A stretch of 64,000 nt of DNA, taken from Mobula hypostoma (lineage: Eukaryota). Position 1 is the first letter of the stretch; every line of letters starts with the position of its first letter. Made by a program: the position numbers and the translations under genes. The notes below the pieces were generated by a model, which saw only the letters and a list, made by a program, of their open reading frames with translations, ran no database searches and was not told where the DNA came from. Of the stretch, positions 25,028 through 35,486 are shown one piece after another. Where the stretch lies: the NCBI RefSeq assembly GCF_963921235.1, contig NC_086097.1, positions 29,762,001 through 29,826,000 on the forward strand, written 5' to 3'.

Positions 25028-27445
25028 GGATATCAAAGATTTCTTCGGATATATAAAGTGTAAAAGACAGTCAAGAGTAGATATACGACTGCTGGAAAAG
25101 GACACTGGAATAAGATTAATAGGTTACAAGGAAATGGTGAATGAATTCTACAAATGTTTGTATAAGTATTTTGCATCAGTCTTCACTGTGAAAGACACCA
25201 GCAGTATGCCAGATGATCGAGAGTGCCAAAAGGCAGAATGTGTGAAATTGCCATAAGTAGGGAGAAGATGCTTGGAAAACTGGAAGGTCTCAAGGTAGAT
25301 AATTCATCTGGACCAGATGGTGTACACCCCAGGGTTCTGAAAGTGGTGGCTGTAAAAATTATGAAGGCGATATAATGATCTTTCAAGAAAGTTGCAAATG
25401 ATCTTTCAAGAAAAGGAAAATTGCAAATGTCACTCCACTCTTCAAGAAGGGAGAGAGGCAGAAGGAAGGAAATTACAGGCCAGTTAGTCTCATCTCAATG
25501 GTTGGGAAGATGTTGGAGTCAATCGTTAATGATGTGGTTTTGGAGTACTTGGAGGCTCATGATAAAATAGGCCAAAGTGTCCCCTTGAAGTTTCCTTAAG
25601 GGAAAAGCTTGCCTGGCAAATATGTTGGAATTCTTTGAAGAAATAACAAGCAGGATAGATAAAGGAGAATTGGTGGCTGGTGTGTACTTGGATTTTCAGG
25701 CCCTTGACAGGATGTCACACATAAAACTGCTTAATCAGTTAAGAGCCCATGGTTTTGCAGGAAAGATACCAGCATGGATAGAGCATTGGCTGATTGACAG
25801 AAGGCAAAGAGTGGGAATAAACGGAGCCTTTTCTGGTTGGCTGACGATGACTAGTGGTGTTTCTCAGGGGTCTGTGATGGGACTGCTTCTTTTCAGGTTA
25901 TGTGTCAATGATTTGGATGACAGAATTGATAGCTTTTTTGTCAGGTTTGCAGATGATTCAGAGACAGCTGGAAGGGCAGGTAGTTTTGAAGAAGCAAAGA
26001 GGCCACAGAAGGATTTAGAAAGATTAGGAGAATGGGCAACGAAGTGACAGATGGAATACAGTGTTGGGAAGTGTATAGTCATGCACTTTGGCAGAAGAAA
26101 TGAAAGTATAGACTATTTTCTAAATGGAGAGGAAATTCAAAGACTGGGGTACAAAGGGAGTTGGATGTCCTTGTGCTAGATTCCCTAAAGGTTAATTTGC
26201 AGGCTGAGTCAGAGGAGAGAAATGCAAATGTGATGTTAGCATTCATTTCAAGAAGTCTAGAATATAAAAACAAGGATGTAATGTTGAGGCTTTATAAGGA
26301 ACTGGTGAGGCCTCACTTGGAGCATTGTGAACAGTTTTGGGCCCCTTATCTGAGAGAGGATGTGCTGACATTGGAGAGACTTTAAAGGTTCATGAAGATG
26401 ATTCCAGGATTGTAAGTCTTATCAAATGAAGAGTGTTTGATGGCTCTGGGCCTGTACTCACTGGAATTCAGAAGAATGGGGGGGGGGGGGAGGGGCGGAG
26501 AGATCTCATTGAAAGGCCTCAACAGTGTGGATGAGGAGAAAATGTTTCCTGAGCTGGGGGAGTCTAAGACCAGAGGACACAGCCTCAGAATAAAGGGATG
26601 TCAATTTAGAACACAGATGAGGAGGTATTTCTTTAGCCAGAGAATCTGTGGAATTTGTTGCCACGGGCAGCTGTGGAGGCCCAAGTCATTGGGTATATTT
26701 AAGGCAGAGGTTGATAGATTCTTGATTAGTCAGGGCATGAAGGAATATGGGGAGAAAGCAGGAGACTGAGGCTGAGCAGGAAATGGATCAGCCATGATGA
26801 AATGGTGGAGCAGACTCGATGGGCCATAAGATCTAGCTCTGCTCCTATAACTTACAGTGTTTTAAAGTCAGAATGTAACGATGAGGCTTTATAAGGCATT
26901 GGTCAGACTGCACTTAGAGTATTATTAATAATTTTGGCCCCCTTATCTAGGAAAGGATTTGCTGGCGTTGGAAAGGGTCCAGAAGTTCACAAGAGAGATT
27001 CCGGGAATGAAAGGATTAACATATGAGCAATGTTTGATGACTCTGGGCTGTACTCACTGGAGTTTAAAAGAATGTGGGTGGATTACACTGAAAACTATAA
27101 AATATTGAAAGACCTAGAGTGGACGTGGAGAGGGTGTTTCCAATAGTGGGGGATTCTAACACTGGAGGGCACAGCTTCAGAATACAAGTACTTCCCTTTA
27201 GAACAGAGATGAGGAGGAATTTCTTTAGCCAGAGGGTGGTGAATCTGTGGAATTCATTGCCACAGATGGCTGTGGAGGCCAAGTCATTAGGTATATTTAA
27301 AGAGGAAGTTATTAGGTTCTTGATTAGTAAAGGGTGTCAAAGATCACAGGGAGAGTTTCTCTGGCTGGTGATTTGTTGCTCTGGATTCCAGCAGCTATGG
27401 TCCCCCTGCGTTCTTCCCGCTGGCTCAGCTCCAGCTTCAGCTCTC

Positions 27446-27675
27446 TCATTCCTGGGAAGCACCAGCTGGTGGGACATGGCGGTGGGCTTCGGCAGACCCC
27501 GACAGAGAACTGACTGCTGGTGGCTCAGTGGCAGTGTCCAATTCAGCCTGCAGCCTCTTCAGTTCCTTCAGGAGTTCCTGGTACCAGTTGAGACTGCTGT
27601 CCGCCTGCATTGCCGTTCTCTGTCCTCCCCTCGGATTGTTCCTGGCCTGCTTTTTCCTGGAGCGGTGTGCATGCC
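27446..27675 (-). CDS. HHIPL1: Candidate HHIPL1 terminal coding exon (exon 9), ending in TGA without an SRCR domain
   Basis: A non-repeat island with acceptor ctcctttgtcatgcag|GG, in phase with exon 8 (A+GG=Arg). Translates as RHAHRSRKKQARNNPRGG...LNWYQELLKELKRLQAELD...GASQE*. Exons 2-9 total 1788 nt = 596 codons including the stop. Confidence 0.65.
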
Positions 27676-28187
27676 CTGCATGACAAAGGAGCATTTCCAT
27701 TTAAATTAGTAACCTCTTGGACTCCAGCTCCTCACAATCTACCTTGTTTTGATCTTGTACTTTATCATTTACCTGCACTGTATGTCCTCTATGGCTGTTA
27801 CACTTTAGTCTGCATTGTTATTGTTTTACCTTATTCTAGCTCAATGTGCAATGATCTGATCTGTATGGACAGTAGGTAAGGCAAGCTTTTCACTGTAACT
27901 TTGTACTTGTGACAATAATAAACCAATAGCCTACTTGTGAAGAAAACACTGCATAGATACAACAAGTAAATGTAAGGTTGTGTGTTCATTAGAACTTGAG
28001 TTGGTAGAGTTGATAGGAGGTGGGATTATGGAAAATTTAGGATATAAGGATGAATATACATAGGGATTTGTGGGATTAGAGAAGTTGGGATAGTTTAATA
28101 ACTGTGGGACAGAAACTGTCCTTGAGTTTAATGGTACATGATTTCAGGATTTTGTGTTTTCTGCTCAATGGGAGGGAGAGAAGAGAG

Positions 28188-31100
28188 TGTAAGGGGTTTC
28201 TTTTTTTATGTCACTGCGTAGTCTAATTAAAATTTTTACTATTTTTAATATTTTTCATATTTAATATTTATAATCCAGGGAGTGGGAAGCGCAGAATCAA
28301 ATATCGCTGTGATGATTGTACGTTCTAGTACCAATTGTTTGGCGACAATAAAGTATAAAGTATAAAGTATAAATGGCTTCTTTGCTATGTTATAATTGAA
28401 AGGGCTTCTTTGTTATGTTACCTGCTGAGAAAGTCCTCCCGCTAGCAGTTTGTTTTGGATTATCTATTGATAAGAGGAGGTATGAACCAATTGGGATAGT
28501 TGTTATGCTTTCTGTGTGTCTGTAAGATATTGTATTGTCTGTTATTTGGGCGGGGTGGGGTACATCACACAGCATCCACACAAACTAATTACCCAGTTTG
28601 GTGGGGCCGAGGGCTGTTTCCCTAGATGACAGCGAGCCGAGCGACCCTGAGGCTCTCCGGGGGGTTACATTGTGGGGGCTTTTGTCCAGGATTGGATCTA
28701 GTGGTATGCTGTGTGGTTGCCCTATTTAAATCAGTAAGTGTCTCTGTGGGTTATTTGCTGGTTATTGCTGCATGCGTGGTGGGTGAGGTCTTTGTTCGAG
28801 TTCAGACTAGCGTTGACGAGTTGGGGGTGGAACTCGGGGCTGTCCATGCGGTTGGGAGAGAGAGGAAAGAGTGGCCTGATTCGGAGGTAGTTTCTGAGAA
28901 TAAATGTTCTAGCTCTGGCAGGCTCCGTCTGGTGTTTGGGATAGTGCCCACCCCAAGAGGGGCAGAGGCGTGCGAGACATGGGCGGAGCGGATCTCTCAG
29001 TTGTTAGATGGGTGGCAGTGCTCGGTTGAGGGAGAGCGACAGGGATTGGTTGAAAGTTTAAGTTAACGGGCTGGTGACGGTGTTAGAGCTGTCAGGCTCA
29101 GTTACACTGTAGTGACAGCTGTCAGTTATTTGAAAGAGGGGGGAAAGTTTTCTGTGTGTCTTCTCTGGCTAGGAGGGCGGCTAAATTGCTTGCAGTGCCA
29201 GGGGGATCATTTCAGGGGATCAGCCCCTCCTTCAGTTGTTCAGCTGATCAGGGAGGTGTCGGGAAACTTAGTGGAGGCCCAGTCGGGGAACAGCTTGGGG
29301 TCTTTGGGGAAGCAGGTTCCCAGCAATGCACCAATGAACTTCCGAAAGGAGAAGACCCTATTCCTGAAGGCTTAGAGGGGCCACGCCCCAGGGTGTCGCT
29401 ATGGATAGAGGGAAGCGATGCTAAAGCTATCCTCGACCCCGGGGCACAGATCAAGTTGTTGTACAGTTCGTTTTACAACCGGTGTCTGAAGCATTTACCC
29501 TTGACAACCGCAAGGGCACCGGAGATTTGGGGTACCAGTGCCAGTAGTTATCCAGAAGATGATGATTGGTTACTGACCCTGGAGCTCATGAGGGCATTGT
29601 CTGGGCACCCAGCGTGTCGAGTTGCTTCTGAGGACGTGTGTAGCAGCCTTGAGCCAGTACCGAATTTAAACGAGACCCAGCTGTGGTACGGCCTGGGGAA
29701 AGTAACTGAGGGTGAGACCCTCTTAGTAGATGCTCCGAACTACCACGAGGGAGGGGAGTTGACCGCTGAAGACACCTCAGTGAGAGAGAGGTTGCGGCAA
29801 CTGGACCCTAGCGGCGTGGAAGATGGAGGCAGCGTGTGTGCAAATTATGCGACGTGGTTTAATGTGCTAGATCTGAGGAGTGGATGTTGCCAGATCCTGA
29901 GGAGTGCGGCTGACGAGCAGGAGACGGCCGTTATTAGTTCGCTGGGATTCTTCCGATCCGAAAAGATGCCCAAGGGCATATCCGGAGCCCCCGCATCCTT
30001 CCCGCGGGGCATGAGGAAGACCATGGGGGAAGTGAAGGTGTGTGGAGTTTTGGCGTATGTGGATGACCGCCTAGAGCTTGGATTCACCTGGGGGGACTAT
30101 GAGGCGAGGCGGGTGGCTGAGCCCGGGCGACAGAAGCGAAGTGTCAAATGTGGAGGAGTTTTTGGCTGGAGGTGCAATGTGAGAAAAATGACCCGACATA
30201 CCAGTTGAACTTCCTGGTGTTGGGACAGACGGTGGTGGACCTGGGGATGGAAACGCAGGTCGTCAACCGGAATGAGATACAGGGGAGAGAGGGGATTTGC
30301 ACCGCTGAACTGAACGCTCAGAAATGCAGGCCGGAGACGGAGTGCCGCACTTGCGGGACGACCATTGCAGACTTGGAATTCACGCTCGTCAACGTGGAGA
30401 AGGAGCAATGGAATTCCGAGCCGACACTGCGGTCATGTACTGATGAATTAATCCAGAAAAGATAGGAGGACTTACAAGTTGGGGAAGATCAAGGAAATGT
30501 TCTGATTAAGGCCAACAGAAAACCGAGAGCCAAGGGAGGGGAGTTTGACTACACTCCCGAGGAGGTGAAGAAATGGAGGACAGATCTCGGAAAAGGGAGG
30601 CGGACGCTTGAAAGGAACCTGAAGATGACTATCGACAGTTTAAATGAAGTGGAAAAACTGAAAGTTGACCTGGAAGAAGTCATCAGGAGGAAAAGACTGG
30701 AGGTTGAACATTCTTTAACTGCTGCTTTTCAGGTCAGGGTGGAAGAAGCTGGTGGGGTAACTGCATCCCAGATTGAGATGGCCAAGAAGCGTGAGTCGGA
30801 ACTGCTGAGGCTGTGGCGAGAGTTGAAGGAGTCCCCAAAGAAGCTGATGTCTCGACTGCAGGAGGCTGAAGGGGTAGCTCCGGCTAAATGCTTCAGTTTG
30901 AAAAAACTCAAACAGCAGCTACCGATCGAGGGAATGAGGAAGGATACGGGTTTGAAGGATGATGTGCTGGACATGTGGTATATGCTGCCTTTCGCTAACT
31001 TCTCCGTGATTGAGGAAGAGACCTTTGGCCCTTCTCCCACTGAGTCAGGTGTAGTGGGGAGGGCTAGCTGTGGGCAGTCTGGGTTACTGCAGGACAAGGA

Positions 31101-32371
31101 AGGAAAAGAAGCGGGGCCCCGGACATGGGACTGGGGGCTCCGAGCTGTAATGGTGGCACGAGTGAGAGAGGAGTTGGCGAGCAGACCCGAGGTATCCCTA
31201 GTAGTGTCTGAGCCTTTTGGGTTTAGGTGAGGAGGTACGAAGGTCTTGGAGGATTAGGAAGCTCTCAGATAGGTTGGCCTCTGTAGCGCCCGTGGACAGG
31301 TGGAAGGTCCACTGTTTGGGGGAGCAATGTCGCTGTCTGTATCTGGGTGGGGTTTTGTGTCTGTAGGACTGGTTGGTGAGTTATTTAGAAGTCATGAGGA
31401 CATGACTTTTATTTGGTGGGGGGAGAATATAAAGGGTTTCTTTTTTTATGTCACTGCATAGTCTAATTAAAACTGCTTCTCTGGTATATTATAATGGAAA
31501 GGGCTTCTTTGTTATGTCAACTGCTGAGAAAGGCCTCCTGCTAGAGGTTTGTTTTGGATTAGCTATTGATAAAAGGACGAATGAACCAATTGGGATAGTT
31601 GTTATGCTTTGGTGTGTCTGTAAGATATTGTATGCATGGGGTTTTGGAGGAGAAGGCGGGAGAGAGAGACAGAGGATGGACCAGGTGCTGTGAATCCGCT
31701 AACGGGGTCGGACCCCGAGCAGGAGTCCGAGGTCCAGGGTGTTCAGCGAGGAGAGGAGACAGAGACGGACTCGTGTGGAGCGTCTGGTCGACCACCGTTG
31801 TTGGTCCCAGGTGGCAGGTCGAGATGGTCTGAGGGGATCATAGTGTGAAGAAGGAGGGTCCTGAGCTCCAACTGTTTGTGCACGAACAGATTGAACTTTG
31901 ATAAGTGTGGAGCCTTTGATTTTCCTTTTATATTTTATTCTCTATTAACACAGAGAGTGGTGGGAGTATGGAATGAGCTGCCAGACGAGGTGGTAAATGC
32001 GGGTTCTTTTTTAACATTTAAGAATAAATTGGACAGATACATGGATGGGAGGCATATGGAGGGATATGGTCTGTGTGCAGGTCAGTGGGACTAGGCAGAA
32101 AATGGTTCGGCACAGCCAAAAAGGGCCAAAAGGCCTGTTTCTGTGCTGTAGTTTCTATGGTTTCTATGGTAATTATATAGTTCCAGTAATATCTATAAAC
32201 TGTAAATCATTTAATCGTATCTGGTGTATTGTCTGTTATTTGGGCGGGGTGGGGTACATCACACAGTATCCACACAAACTAATTACCCAGTTTGGCGGGG
32301 CTGAGGGCTGTTTCCCTAGACGACAGCGAGCCGAGCGACCTTAAGGCTGGCTTGGGGGGGTGGGGGCTACA
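28188..32371 (+). mobile_element. Non-autonomous Gypsy LTR retrotransposon (LTRs 28188-28669 and 31428-32371) with degraded gag/protease/RT and a captured myosin fragment
   Basis: TGTAAGGGG...GGGGCTACA termini and 4-bp TSD AGAG. Homologous LTR pair, tRNA-Pro-like PBS tgggggcttttgtccaggat after the 5' LTR, and PPT ggtggggggagaa before the 3' LTR. PNMA-like gag, ILDPGAQ protease, and RT motifs LDLRSG...[12 protein letters not shown]...AYVDD. Confidence 0.9.
30175..30930 (+). pseudogene. Intronless sarcomeric myosin heavy chain rod fragment (MYH16-like) inside the LTR element
   Basis: Single frame with one internal stop: EKNDPTYQL...AELNAQKCRPETEC...IADLEFTLVNVEKE...[17 protein letters not shown]...[29 protein letters not shown]...[57 protein letters not shown]. 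This is collinear with myosin S2/LMM motifs. Confidence 0.85.
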
Positions 32372-32661
32372 AGAGAATGTTCAGGGTGGGTGGAGTCTTT
32401 GATTATGTTGGATGCTGTACTAGGGCACTGAGAAATCCAGGGAGAGCATCATATCTAGCTGTTTAATTCCCAGTCAGAAACATGTCACCTTACTGAGCAC
32501 TTGGAACCCAGTGCCACCGTGTTTTCTGTCTGCTGGCACAGTGATGGAGTCAGGGGCTCACACAGCACAGAAACAGACCCTTGGCCCAACTCACCCATAC
32601 TGACAAAATGCCCATCTGAACTACTCCAAGGAGCCTGTGTGTGGTCCATGTTCATCTAAAC

Positions 32662-32742
32662 CAAGGGCTCCCAACCTGGGGTCACAGACCCCTCGGTTAA
32701 TGGTAAGGCACCATGGCATAAAAAAATTATAGGGAACCCCTG
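32662..32742. mobile_element. Short hAT-like MITE remnant
   Basis: caagggctccca...gggaacccctg imperfect TIRs; TSD poorly preserved. Confidence 0.4.
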
Positions 32743-32844
32743 CCCTTAATCTTTCCTGTCCAAATGTCTCTCAAATGATGCACCTGCCTTAACCACTTCC
32801 TCTGACAGCTTCTTCCATATTCCCACCAAACTCCAGGTGAAAAG

Positions 32845-33331
32845 CACAAACACGAGGAAATCTGCAGATGCTGGAATTTCAAGCAACACACATAAAAAAG
32901 TTGCTGGTGAACGCAGCAGGCCAGGCAGCATCTCTAGGGAGAGGTACAGTTGACATTTCGGGCTGAGACCCTTCGTCAGGACTAACTGAAGGAAGAGTGA
33001 GTAAGAGATTTGAAAGTGGGAGGGGGAGGGGGAGATGCAAAATGATAGGAGAAGACAGGAGGGGGAGGGATGGAGCCAAGAGCTGGACAGGTGATAGGCA
33101 AAAGGGATATGAGAGGATCATGGGACAGACGGGAGGCCTAGGGAGAAAGAAAGGGAGGGGGGGAAGACCAAAGGATGGGCAAGGAGTATCCCCCTCCCAC
33201 TTTCAAATCTCTTACTATCCCTTACTTCAGTTAGTCCTGACGAAGGGTCTCGGCTCGAAACATCGACTGTACCTCTTCCTATGGATGCTGCCTGGCCTGT
33301 TGCATTCACCAGCAACTTTTTTATGTGTGTT
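32845..33331. mobile_element. Penelope-like element 3' ends in inverted orientation
   Basis: A minus copy (32845-33186) is followed by a plus copy (33187-33331) of the same pLTR-like sequence. Each has CTGACGAAGGGTCTC..GAAA. Confidence 0.8.
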
Positions 33332-35403
33332 CCAGGTGAAAAGGTTGCCCATCAGGTTCCTATTAAATCTCTTCCATCCCAACTTCATCCCATATCATCT
33401 TGTCCTTGACTCCCCAGCCCTGGAAACAAGACCTCTCTAGTGACACAGGGTTCGATCCCGACTTCGGATGCTGTCCACGTGGAGTTTGCACGTTCTCCTT
33501 GTGACTGCGTGGGTTTCCCTCAGCAGCTCTGGTCTCCTTCCACATTCCAAAGACAAGTGGGTCGGTAGGTTTAGAGCCACTGTAAATTATCCCTCATGAG
33601 CAGGCGAACTGTAAAATCTGGGTGCGAGGGGAGAGTGTGTGGAGAATAAAATAGGGTGGGTATAAATGGGTGGTGGATGGTCAGAACAGACTCAATGGGC
33701 TGAAGGGCCTGTCTCTCTGCTGTATGACTCTGTCTGTCTCCCTCTAGTGGTCAACCTATATCTTTCATCATTGGAGGTATTTTGTTTGGAAGTTATTTCC
33801 CCCAGATATCCTGCCCCTCCACCCACATCCATCTACCAGCAGATTGGCACACCATGTCTATGCACAACAAGATGCCAGATGAAACTAATCCCACCTCCCT
33901 GTACATGATCCATAACCCTCCATTCTCTGCATATTCATTTGTCTAAAAGCCTCTATTGTGTCTGTTTCCACTACTGCTGGCAGCCTATTCTAGACATCCA
34001 GCACTCTCTGTGTTAAAATGTTGCCCCTCTTTACAGAATACAAAGGTTATTGGAAGAATTCTTATCAGTGTGGAGAAGATCAGAGGGATCTTTGGGTCCA
34101 CATCTATAAATCCCTCAAAGTTGCAACGCAAGTTGATAGGGTTATTAAGAAGGCATATGGTCTGTTGGCCTTCATTAGTCAGGGGACTGAGTTCAGAGTT
34201 CAGAGTTCAAAGTAAATTTATTATCAAATATATCCTTATATAACCTTGAGATTCATCTTCTTGCAGACAGCCACAAAACAAAGAAACACAATAGATGCAA
34301 GGTAATGTTGCAGCTCTATAAAATCCTGATTGGACCGCACTTGGAATATTATGTTCAGTTCTGGTCACCTTGTTAAAGGAAGGATGTGGAAGCTTCAAAG
34401 AGGGTGCAAAGGAGATTTACCAGGGTGCTGTCTGAATTAGAGAGCATGTCTTATGAGAATAGGTTGAATGAGGTAGTGCTTTTTTCTTTGGAGTGAAGAA
34501 AGAGAGGTGATTTGGTAGAGGGGTACTAGAGGATAAGAGGCAGAGATAAAGTGGACATCCAGTCAACACACACAAAATGCTGGAGGAACTTGGCAGGCTA
34601 GGCAGCACCTATGGAAAAGAGTACAGTTGACGTTTTGGGCCGAGAACCTTTAGCAGGACTGGCATCTTTTCCCCAGGGCATAAATGGCTAACACAAGAAG
34701 CATAATTTGAAGGTGATTGGAGGAAACTATAGGGGGAAATGTCAGAGGTAAGTTTTTTTACACAGAGAGTGGTGGGTGCGTGGAATGCATTGCCAGGAGT
34801 GGTGGTAGAGGGAGTTATACTAGATGGGTATTTAGATGAAAGCAAAATGGAGGGTTATGTGGGAGGGGAGAGTTAAGTTGACCTTGGAGTAGATTGAAAG
34901 TTTGGTACGGCATTGTTGGCCTAAAGGCCTATACTTGCTGTACTGCTTTACGTTCTATTTTTGCCTGGCAGGCCTTTCCAGGCACCTTCGATTTTCTGTG
35001 TGAACACTTCTCCCACTCATCTGCTTGAAACTTTTCCCCTCTCACCCTAAATGCCTCACCTCTAGTACTTGGCAGTTCTACGCTGGGCAGATGATTCTGA
35101 CTGTCTGCCCTATCTATGCTTCTCGTAATTTTATAAACCTCTACCAGGTCTCCCCTCAGCCCCCACTGCTCCAGAGAAAACAGCCCAAGTTTGTCCACTC
35201 TCTCATTCCACCCAATCCGGGCAGCATCCCGGTGAACCTCATCGGCACCATTTCTCCACATCTGTCCTGTTTTGGGGAGACCAGAAGTGCTTTGACCCAC
35301 TTTGCACAAACAGTTTACCTGAAATCATTGCCATCAGCTGGCCATATTCACTGGTGACGTTGTACTTCAGAAGGCAAGATTCTGCTGAGAATAACGTACT
35401 TAC

Positions 35404-35486
35404 TTGGCTGCGGCACAAATTTGATGAGTCGGCTTTTCACTTTAACCGACCGTGGCGTGTAGTGACATTTTCCGGGTGGCGCTCTC
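35404..35486 (-). CDS. HHIPL1: HHIPL1 exon 8 (83 bp)
   Basis: Translates as RAPPGKCHYTPRSVKVKSRLIKFVPQP. Acceptor cccttag|G, donor A|gtaagt (phase 1). Confidence 0.93.

Larger units (their letters stand above)
16985..26860 (+). mobile_element. Old near-full-length CR1 LINE acting as host for three nested insertions
   Basis: ORF1 zinc-finger CSLCEMWE and esterase VIGDSIVRG (17270-18150). ORF2 APE (GITESWL, GVIYR) and RT continue collinearly across the insertions at 18174, 19465 and 20874, to a 3' end at ~26860. Confidence 0.85.

Noticed and set aside
30148..31230. Functional host myosin gene
   Set aside because: It has no motor domain and no introns, has an internal stop and large deletions, and is enclosed by LTRs.
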